From Bacteroidales bacterium (GTDB lineage Bacteria; Bacteroidota; Bacteroidia; Bacteroidales; WCHB1-69), in NCBI GenBank assembly GCA_031272415.1, contig JAISTU010000207.1, positions 1 to 36,879 of the forward strand: a stretch of DNA of 36,879 nucleotides, given 5' to 3'. Positions 8,306 to 14,851 of the stretch are shown piece by piece. A program made the translations under genes and the position numbers. A model generated the notes under the pieces. That model was given only the letters and a program-made list of their open reading frames with translations, did not search any database and was not told where the DNA came from. Numbering within the stretch: position 1 is the first letter of the stretch; each line of letters begins with the position of its first letter.

Positions 8306-8785
8306 ATGCCTGTAAAGATAAAAATGAAACAAGATCATATTGATAAAATCAAAGAGATCTGTAAAAAATTCAATAATGATGGCGGTGAATTGATAAATGT
8401 TTTGCACCAGACACAACATTTTATTGGTTATTTGCCCGCAGAAGCACAGGAACTGATAGCCAGTGAGTTAAATGTATCAGTGGCACATGTTTATGGAGTT
8501 GTGTCTTTTTATTCATTTTTTACCATGACGCCGAAAGGGGAATATCCGATTTCGGTATGTATGGGAACAGCCTGTTATGTACGCGGGGCTGAACGTGTTT
8601 TGGACGAGTTTAAACGTCTTTTAAACATCAATGTAGGAGAAACCACAGCAGACGGAAAATTCTCTCTGACGGCATTGCGCTGTATCGGAGCCTGTGGTTT
8701 AGCACCCGTGATTACTATCGGCGAAAAAGTGTACGGAAGACTCGCCCCTGATGATGTCAAAGGCATCATCGAAGAGTATAAATAA
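8306..8785 (+). CDS. hydC: NuoE-like [2Fe-2S] subunit of a multimeric [FeFe]-hydrogenase
   Basis: 159 aa with the NuoE-type cysteine pattern CMGTACYVRG...CIGACGLAPV. It is the last gene of the operon and is followed by a terminator. Confidence 0.88.
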   Translation: MPVKIKMKQDHIDKIKEICKKFNNDGGELINVLHQTQHFIGYLPAEAQELIASELNVSVAHVYGVVSFYSFFTMTPKGEYPISVCMGTACYVRGAERVLDEFKRLLNINVGETTADGKFSLTALRCIGACGLAPVITIGEKVYGRLAPDDVKGIIEEYK

Positions 8786-8821
8786 CGACATTTGTTAGTT
8801 TTTTTATCATAATTTTATTTT

Positions 8822-8847
8822 GCCGCCCTCATAAGGGCGGCTTTTTT
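8822..8847 (+). terminator. Rho-independent terminator of the hydrogenase operon
   Basis: gccgccc-tcataa-gggcggc is a 7-bp GC-rich stem followed by tttttt. Confidence 0.85.
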
Positions 8848-8880
8848 AATTTTTAACATATAGCAATGGCACACCTTGAA

Positions 8881-9078
8881 TTAGAGTGGAGATTCTTTTG
8901 CATTTTTGCACTACCCTTGTCTGAACTTTGATTTTGAATGATTTTTTTGATTTGTGTGATTATTTTAATCCTGCCAATCTTATAAATCTTATGAAAATCG
9001 TGGTTCAGACAGGAAAGGCACAAAATTTAGAACATTTTTCTCCCAAAATGCAAAAAATCTCTACGCTCTCCACTCTAA
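8881..9078. repeat. MITE-like composite element with terminal inverted repeats
   Basis: The left end ttagagtggagattcttttgcattttt matches the right end aaaatgcaaaaaatctctacgctctccactctaa as an imperfect reverse complement. The interior unit gtctgaactttgattttgaatgatttttttgatttgtgtga...gttcagac spans 8919-9010. Confidence 0.75.
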
Positions 9079-9102
9079 AAAAAACTTCGCACTTTATAAA
9101 TT

Positions 9103-10170
9103 TCACGGACAACCTACATCAATAAAAATGGGCAAATGGTCTGAAAATCCGCCTGTATAACTCATTCCTGTATAAGTGCGAAATGTTTTTTTGCCCATAT
9201 TTTGTGGGTCATCTATGAGTAAAAAATCTGCGTCAAAAATCACTCCTTCGCTTACGGTGTGCAGTCCGTTGGTGTCATTGAGCAAGCCAAATGAGGCAAA
9301 AAATTGGTCTAAAATTCCCCACATTTGCCCAAATTTGTTTGTTCCTTTGTTGTTCGCTTCCAAATAAGGATACATCATATTGACCAACGATTTGCCATCC
9401 GATTGACGTGCTTTGTAAGGTGCATTTAAATATTTTGTAATACTTTCATTATCAGGATAATCGTTAAAATCACCCATTATCAAAATTTTGGCTTGCGGAT
9501 TTTGAGAAAGCAGTGTATCTACCTTTAAACGAAGCAATTGTGCCGTTTTATTCCTTTTTTCGATAGTATTTGCATAGCCTCCGTAGCGAGAAGTCCAATG
9601 ATTGACAAATATATGCAGTGTATCTTTGCATTTTGTTGTTGTTAATCCTTTGATATACAGAATGTTACGTGTTTTAAAAGTAGTATCATTATCTATTTTT
9701 ACAACAATTGGCATTGCCTCCAACACTTTGAAGGTAGCAGGTCGGTAGAGCAATGCGGTATTGATGCCTCTTGGGTCGGGCGATTGAAATATAAAGTATT
9801 GATAATCAAACTTTTTCAATGGTGAACCGTAAAGCAGTTTTTTTATGACGTTTTCATTTTCTATTTCACAAACACCCACAATATCAGGCACTTGCAGACC
9901 TCCTATCGCAATCAACACTTTGGCAATATTTTGTGCTTTGTGATGAAATCGCCAAGATGTCCAATGATTATTGCCCGTCGGCGTAAAACTATCATCATTT
10001 TTGTCGGGATTATCAATTGTGTCAAAGAAATTTTCCAAATTGTAAAAGCATATTCTCAAAGTGCTGTTTTCCCTTTGTGCATAAGCAGAAAAGTCCGATG
10101 TTTGCCCATTTGTCGACAAAAAAGTTAACAATACCAAAATGGTGTGAAAAAAAGTGGAGAAGTATTTCAT
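9103..10170 (-). CDS. Secreted endonuclease/exonuclease/phosphatase (EEP) family protein
   Basis: The start was moved to the ATG at 10170 (MKYFSTFFHTILVLLTFLS, signal-like), which avoids overlap with the upstream gene. The N-terminal motif LRICFYNLENFFD and the C-terminal GGFSDHLPIF are typical of the EEP fold. Confidence 0.7.
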   Translation of the reverse strand: MKYFSTFFHTILVLLTFLSTNGQTSDFSAYAQRENSTLRICFYNLENFFDTIDNPDKNDDSFTPTGNNHWTSWRFHHKAQNIAKVLIAIGGLQVPDIVGVCEIENENVIKKLLYGSPLKKFDYQYFIFQSPDPRGINTALLYRPATFKVLEAMPIVVKIDNDTTFKTRNILYIKGLTTTKCKDTLHIFVNHWTSRYGGYANTIEKRNKTAQLLRLKVDTLLSQNPQAKILIMGDFNDYPDNESITKYLNAPYKARQSDGKSLVNMMYPYLEANNKGTNKFGQMWGILDQFFASFGLLNDTNGLHTVSEGVIFDADFLLIDDPQNMGKKTFRTYTGMSYTGGFSDHLPIFIDVGCP

Positions 10171-10183
10171 AACATGTTGATTA

Positions 10184-10846
10184 TCAAATAAATTCATAAA
10201 ATAGAGCAATTATTTTAATTTTATTGGATTGCGACATATCAACCGGATTGGTGCCATATTCGGATTGTGGTACGGTCGCATTATGACGTGCAAAATACTC
10301 AATCCATTCATCTGATACTGAACTATTTACGCCCTTAAAAGACATAATTTTTTGCTTAAACATCGGTTTTCCATTTTTCAAACGGTAACAATACCAAACC
10401 AACTCACTGCAATAAAAACTGCTGTCGGAAGGAGAAAACAGGTAATCGTATGGTTTAGAGATACATAAGTTGGCTTTTTGGAGTGCAGTCGGCAACAAAT
10501 ATTGGTATTTTTTTTTCACTCTTGCGAGACTTGCCAAATATTTTCCGGTAGCATCTTTTGCTATATCTTTCACAAAATCAGCGATATAAGTTTTACAAAC
10601 AAGCGGAGGTGTTGCCTCAATGACAAAAACGCTGTCATTGTCAATGTACACAATGCCAACATGCGTGTAAGGGAGACTTTGTTTTTTTGCAGTTGATGCA
10701 ACAATTGCGTCCGTAAAATCCGAACTCTTATTCACAATAAACAGTAAATCACCATTTTGTAAAATATTTTTTTGTGCAACCGCTCCGTTTTCTCCTGTAA
10801 AAACAATTCCAATCAACAAAAAAAAGATATATATTGCTTTGCTCAT
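10184..10846 (-). CDS. YiiX-like permuted papain-fold (NlpC/P60 superfamily) protein, secreted
   Basis: The start is set at 10846 (MSKAIYIFFLLIGIVF) because the upstream ATG at 10867 sits inside the promoter -7 box. Motifs are NGDLLFI, PYTHVGIVY and SFYCSELVWYCY (catalytic Cys context). Confidence 0.6.
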   Translation of the reverse strand: MSKAIYIFFLLIGIVFTGENGAVAQKNILQNGDLLFIVNKSSDFTDAIVASTAKKQSLPYTHVGIVYIDNDSVFVIEATPPLVCKTYIADFVKDIAKDATGKYLASLARVKKKYQYLLPTALQKANLCISKPYDYLFSPSDSSFYCSELVWYCYRLKNGKPMFKQKIMSFKGVNSSVSDEWIEYFARHNATVPQSEYGTNPVDMSQSNKIKIIALFYEFI

Positions 10847-10864
10847 AAAATATTGTGTAAAATG

Positions 10865-10897
10865 CAAAGATACACCTTTTTGTCAATTAAAAATTAA
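10865..10897 (-). promoter_or_regulatory. Promoter cassette (reverse complement: ttaatttttaattg-N11-TATCTTTG)
   Basis: caaagata at 10865-10872 and caattaaaaattaa at 10884-10897, immediately upstream of the minus-strand gene starting at 10846. Confidence 0.7.
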
Positions 10898-10913
10898 GAA
10901 CCTTTTTTTAATT

Positions 10914-11151
10914 GAGAATTGAGAATGGATAATTATTTTTTTTGCATTTTCGCACAAAATTGTTCTAAAAATGGTCATTTCCCGTCTGACAGTGCCTTTT
11001 CCTGCACCATATTGCAGACTCGCCCCGCAATCTCTTTGTCTGAACTATGATTTTGAATGATTAACATGATTACTATGATTTCACACAAATCAAAAAAATC
11101 TTACGAAAATCAAAGTTCAGACAATGCAAAAAAAACTCAAATTTTTTCTCC
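10914..11151. repeat. MITE-like composite element
   Basis: The left end is gagaattgagaatggataattattttttttgcattttcgcac (10914-10955). The right end is aatgcaaaaaaaactcaaattttttctcc (11123-11151), an imperfect inverted match. The internal hairpin unit at 11038-11122 is nearly identical to 4172-4256. Confidence 0.75.
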
Positions 11152-11191
11152 TTAACAATCCACAAAATAACAAAAAAATATTTTTTAATTC

Positions 11192-11224
11192 TTCATTTTT
11201 AATTGAGGAATTTGTGTATCTTTG
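11192..11224 (+). promoter_or_regulatory. Orphan promoter cassette (ttcatttttaattg-N11-TATCTTTG)
   Basis: Same cassette as upstream of bona fide genes, but the next convincing start codon is about 380 nt downstream at 11605. Confidence 0.55.
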
Positions 11225-11393
11225 CAAAACGTAAAAAAATATGGAGTAATGGAAAACGAAATCAGACAAAATTTTGGCTACAGCAATAAGGCTGTATTGA
11301 GGAGTAAAAAAGGTGCTTTAAGTGTCGCTCGTTTAGGAGGAGACGCCGAGAAGTGCGTTTTTGCTATGCAATGTGTTGATTATCAAGCATTTA

Positions 11394-11408
11394 CCCCCCC
11401 CCCCCCCC
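11394..11408. repeat. Homopolymeric C15 tract
   Basis: Fifteen consecutive C in an AT-rich context, flanked by tgattatcaa / tgataatcaa words. It lies between the orphan promoter and the methyltransferase ORF. Confidence 0.95.
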
Positions 11409-11604
11409 AACTCACTGATAATCAATAAGTTACGAAGCACAACCTATCCTCTCCTCAAAGGAGGAGAAAAGAAAAATAATCGTCTCAACCACAATATTAA
11501 TAAGGTTAGGAAGATTGACAAGATTTTGTGCTATCAAAATTCTTGGAAATTAAGTAGGATATTGGGGTGTGTATTGTGTGAAATTTTAAATAATAATTGC
11601 AATT

Positions 11605-12349
11605 ATGGGATTGATTTTAAAAATTAGACAATTTCATGTCAGGCAATTGTTTTTGCCTAATTTGTTCAGTGTTTTGGTAAATCCATTTTTCTTGTGTCGT
11701 GTAGGGATGGCAAAGCAAATTGCCCGCTTTGCAAAACAGTTCCCTCAAAATGGACGTATGCTTGATTTTGGTTGCGGGCATAAACCATATCGTTCTTTTT
11801 TTCCAAATGTTTCAGAATATATTGGTGTTGATTTTGAGAATGAAGGACATAGCCACAGCAAGGAAAAAATTGATGTTTCTTATGATGGAAAAACATTGCC
11901 TTTCCCCGATGCCTACTTCGATTGTGCAATTTGTACAGAGGTTTTAGAGCATGTCCCCGACATTGACGGCACTTTGGATTTGTTAAATCATGCTTGCAAA
12001 GACAAAGCATTGATTATTTTTACTGTTCCTTTTATCGGCTGAACACGAAATGCCATTTGATTTCAGACGTTTCACGCTTGTCGGATTAAAAGCCAAACTT
12101 GCAGAACACGGATTTGAAACACTTGAGTATAAGAAAAACGGCAACTCAATATCGCTTTTAACTCAATTATGGATAATGCTTATACATAGATTGTTGTATA
12201 CAAAAAACGTACTTTTAAACTATTTTATCAATTTCATTTTTATATTCCCCTTTACATTGCTTGGCTGTTTACTATCTGTTATTTTTAGACAACGAAAAGA
12301 GATGTATTTCGGAAGTATGATTTTAGCACAAAAAAACCATAAAATTTAA
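11605..12349 (+). pseudogene. Class I SAM-dependent methyltransferase, split by a +1 frameshift near 12030-12040
   Basis: ORF 11605-12042 carries the SAM-binding motif MLDFGCGHKPY and ends ...IIFTVPFIG*. Frame +1 continues as (L)SAEHEMPFDFRRFTLVGLKAKLAEHGFE (ORF 12050-12349), the expected continuation of the same fold. Confidence 0.7.
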
Positions 12350-12419
12350 TTTTTATTTGTCAAAATTTGTTTATCTGATTGTAAGAGCGATGTCATCTCT
12401 TTCAAAAAAATGTCACTTT

Positions 12420-12468
12420 TTAGAATATTTTTATCTCCAAATGCAAAAAAAATCTACACTCTCCACTA
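12420..12468 (+). repeat. Repeat module ttagaat-N-aaatgcaaaaaaaatctacactctccacta
   Basis: Same family as 190-234. It is followed by a degenerate copy of the ggcaa-gcatgc palindrome. Confidence 0.8.
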
Positions 12469-12598
12469 TGTTTGGCAAGCATGCCATTGCTTCTACAGTA
12501 AATTATTTAGGGGGTTATTGAATAAATTTCCCTAAAAATAGCGAAAAAAAAGTTTAAATTCCTAAAAAATGGGGGTATATTAAGCCAAAAAAGTATTG

Positions 12599-12606
12599 TA
12601 TCTTTG
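12599..12606 (+). promoter_or_regulatory. -7 box TATCTTTG (gtattgTATCTTTGcaaaac) for the hmu-type cluster
   Basis: Consensus TAnnTTTG 29 nt upstream of the ATG at 12635. The ttaattttt-aattg block is absent here. Confidence 0.6.
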
Positions 12607-12634
12607 CAAAACAGTTAAATTATTAAAAAAAACT

Positions 12635-14851
12635 ATGAAAATTACATACATTATCACTATTGGATTATTTTTAGGCTGGTGCGGAAGTTTGTCGGCACAA
12701 AATCGGCAAATTTCAGGCATGGTAACGGCTACAGATGCCAAAACGGGCATTCCGTATGCCTCCATTAGCATCAAAGGAACAAATTTTGGGACTGCCGCCG
12801 ACAAAGATGGCAAATACGACCTTTCTTTGCCGGCGGTCGGAAAATATGTATTTTGGGTCAGAGCAATGGGATTTGAGCAACAAGAATGGACAATTGAAGT
12901 CAAAAAAGATACAGTGGTCAATTTTGTATTGCAGGCGGATAGATTGAACATGGAAGAGGTGGTGATTACCGGCACACGAACACCCAAAATGTTGAAAGAT
13001 GTGCCTGTTCCGACACGAATTATTCCGTCAAAAGATATACAAAATGCTGATGTTGTGAATGTTAAAGATATTTTAGAGACCGAACTTTCCGGCATGGAAT
13101 TTACCTCTCATGGTGGCTCTACGAATATCAATATGCAAGGTATGAGCGGAAAATATATTTTGTTTTTGCTTGATGGTGAGCGAATTGCGGGTGAAACGCG
13201 AGACAATGTAGATTATAACCGTTTAGATGCCACTAACATTGAGCGAATTGAAATTGTAAAAGGCTCTGCATCAGCGCTTTATGGCTCAAGTGCTATCGGA
13301 GGGGTGGTCAATATTATTACCAAAGATGCCCAACAGCCGTGGCAAGTGAGCCTTCATTCTCGCTATGGTAGCCATGCTCAACAGCAATATGGAGGCAATA
13401 TCGGCTTTAAAAAAGGAAAATTTAACAGCCTCACTTCGGCAAATTTCAAATATTTTAAAGGATATATGTTGAAAGATGCGGAAGGAATTGATTATTTATT
13501 TGAAAATGAGATAATTACAGATACTGCCAAATATTCTACCGAAGTCAAAGGATACAAAGATTTTTCGGTTCATCAAAAATTTACCTATCAGCCTGTAAAT
13601 CAATTAAAACTGACTTTAAAAGGTGGATTTTATCAGCATGAAGATTTAGGTTTGGCGAGCAACAATAAGCGAAATGATTTTTATTTAGGTGGAAATACCT
13701 CATTAAGAGGCGATTGGCAAATGACAAAAAAGCAAAGTTTGCAGTGGAATTATAATTTTGATATTTACAGCAAATTTGACCGTTTTTTGACCGAAGAGAT
13801 GGCGGGCGTTAAGAGAAACACTTACCAAAACACGCAACACACGGCGAATGTGCTTTTTCATCAATACTTTACGGACAATAATATTTTGACGGTCGGGGCG
13901 GAATTTGCGGGAGATTTTTTGCTCACCTACCAATTCAAAGACACGGGAGTTGAGAAAAGTTATAATTTTGTTGTTTTTGCCCAACATGATATACTGTTGT
14001 GGAAAAAATTCAATTTGGTATATGGCTTGCGGTTGGATTATAATACTGCGTTCAATCCTAACATAAGTCCCAAAGTATCAATGATGTACAAGTTGAAAGA
14101 TTTTACATTTCGTGTTTCTTACGGTGGTGGATTTCGCGCTCCTTCTTTGAAAGAATTATATACCGATTGGGATCATCAGGGCATGTTTCGTTTAGTGGGC
14201 AACAAAAATCTTAAACCCGAAAAAAGCCACAATTGCTCTTTGTCGGCTGAATATACAAGAAATATCTTAAATATTTCATTATTAGGATATTACAACTATA
14301 TCAAAGACCAAATTACAAGCATTTGGAATCAAAAAGAAGATACTGCATTTTATGTCAATCATGGAAAAGCGCAAACAGCGGGAATGGAACTCAATGCAAG
14401 AATTGAAACCGCCTTTGGGCTTTCCGTAAAATACTCATATTCATATACTTACACATATTCATTGGACGACATGGGTGTCAATATCAATTCCACTCGTCCG
14501 CACACCGCCACTCTGCAAGTAGGTTATCGTTTCAAAAAAGGAATTTATGAAATACAGCCGCTCATTCAGGGACGTGTGTTGAGTTCGTTGGAGATGAAAG
14601 GATATTCTGCCGACAGGAATGAGTATTACACCATTACGTACCCTGCTTACACTTTGTGGAAATTTATACTTAATCAACACTTTTTCAAGGCATTATCTTT
14701 ACAATTAGGCATTGAAAATATTTTTGATTACAAGGCAAAACATCAAACTTTCAATTCTTCACTCACGCCGGGGAGAACTTATTTTGCAGGTTTAAATATA
14801 GAAATTGACAAATTATTTCACTTAAAATACAAAAAATATAAAAAACTATGA
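12635..14851 (+). CDS. hmuR: TonB-dependent outer-membrane receptor, haem-receptor-like (HmuR-type)
   Basis: The start at 12635 gives a signal peptide (MKITYIITIGLFLGWCGSLSAQ). There is an N-terminal CarboxypepD_reg-like domain and a plug (EEVVITGTRTPK, ERIEIVKGSASALYGSSAIGGVVNIIT). FRAPSLKELYTDWDHQGMFRLVGNKNLKPE is a FRAP-x10-H...NxNL arrangement. The protein ends with a terminal aromatic-rich barrel strand. Gene context includes a CobN-like gene. Confidence 0.8.
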   Translation: MKITYIITIGLFLGWCGSLSAQNRQISGMVTATDAKTGIPYASISIKGTNFGTAADKDGKYDLSLPAVGKYVFWVRAMGFEQQEWTIEVKKDTVVNFVLQADRLNMEEVVITGTRTPKMLKDVPVPTRIIPSKDIQNADVVNVKDILETELSGMEFTSHGGSTNINMQGMSGKYILFLLDGERIAGETRDNVDYNRLDATNIERIEIVKGSASALYGSSAIGGVVNIITKDAQQPWQVSLHSRYGSHAQQQYGGNIGFKKGKFNSLTSANFKYFKGYMLKDAEGIDYLFENEIITDTAKYSTEVKGYKDFSVHQKFTYQPVNQLKLTLKGGFYQHEDLGLASNNKRNDFYLGGNTSLRGDWQMTKKQSLQWNYNFDIYSKFDRFLTEEMAGVKRNTYQNTQHTANVLFHQYFTDNNILTVGAEFAGDFLLTYQFKDTGVEKSYNFVVFAQHDILLWKKFNLVYGLRLDYNTAFNPNISPKVSMMYKLKDFTFRVSYGGGFRAPSLKELYTDWDHQGMFRLVGNKNLKPEKSHNCSLSAEYTRNILNISLLGYYNYIKDQITSIWNQKEDTAFYVNHGKAQTAGMELNARIETAFGLSVKYSYSYTYTYSLDDMGVNINSTRPHTATLQVGYRFKKGIYEIQPLIQGRVLSSLEMKGYSADRNEYYTITYPAYTLWKFILNQHFFKALSLQLGIENIFDYKAKHQTFNSSLTPGRTYFAGLNIEIDKLFHLKYKKYKKL

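Noticed and set aside
8928-9125. 65-aa ORF in the hydC / EEP spacer. The same applies to ORFs 11222-11428, 11361-11627, 36014-36355 and 28518-28820.
   Set aside because: They are translated from repeat modules, overlap the tRNA, or lie antisense to a strong CDS. They have no start context and a low-complexity, repeat-derived composition.
10847-10867. Upstream ATG at 10867 for the YiiX-like gene, and ATG at 10209 for the EEP gene.
   Set aside because: The 10867 ATG lies within the -7 promoter box (caaagata), so it would not be in the transcript. The 10209 start overlaps the upstream gene, whereas 10170 gives a signal peptide.
11450-11467. Hairpin tctcctc-aaag-gaggaga as a terminator.
   Set aside because: It is followed by an A run on the plus strand, and on the minus strand the T run precedes the hairpin. 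It therefore fits neither orientation of an intrinsic terminator.
12350-12634. Cobalamin riboswitch upstream of the TonB receptor / CobN-like cluster.
   Set aside because: No B12-box-like core (gccactg context) or conserved riboswitch stems are visible. The interval is occupied by the common repeat modules and a promoter box. This was checked by eye only.
12580-13095. Long antisense ORFs inside well-supported genes: 12580-13095, 7530-7955, 18064-18684, 20739-21197, 22224-22646, 29078-29470 and 33771-34202.
   Set aside because: Each lies fully within, and opposite to, a gene with clear family motifs. None has recognisable motifs or a promoter box.
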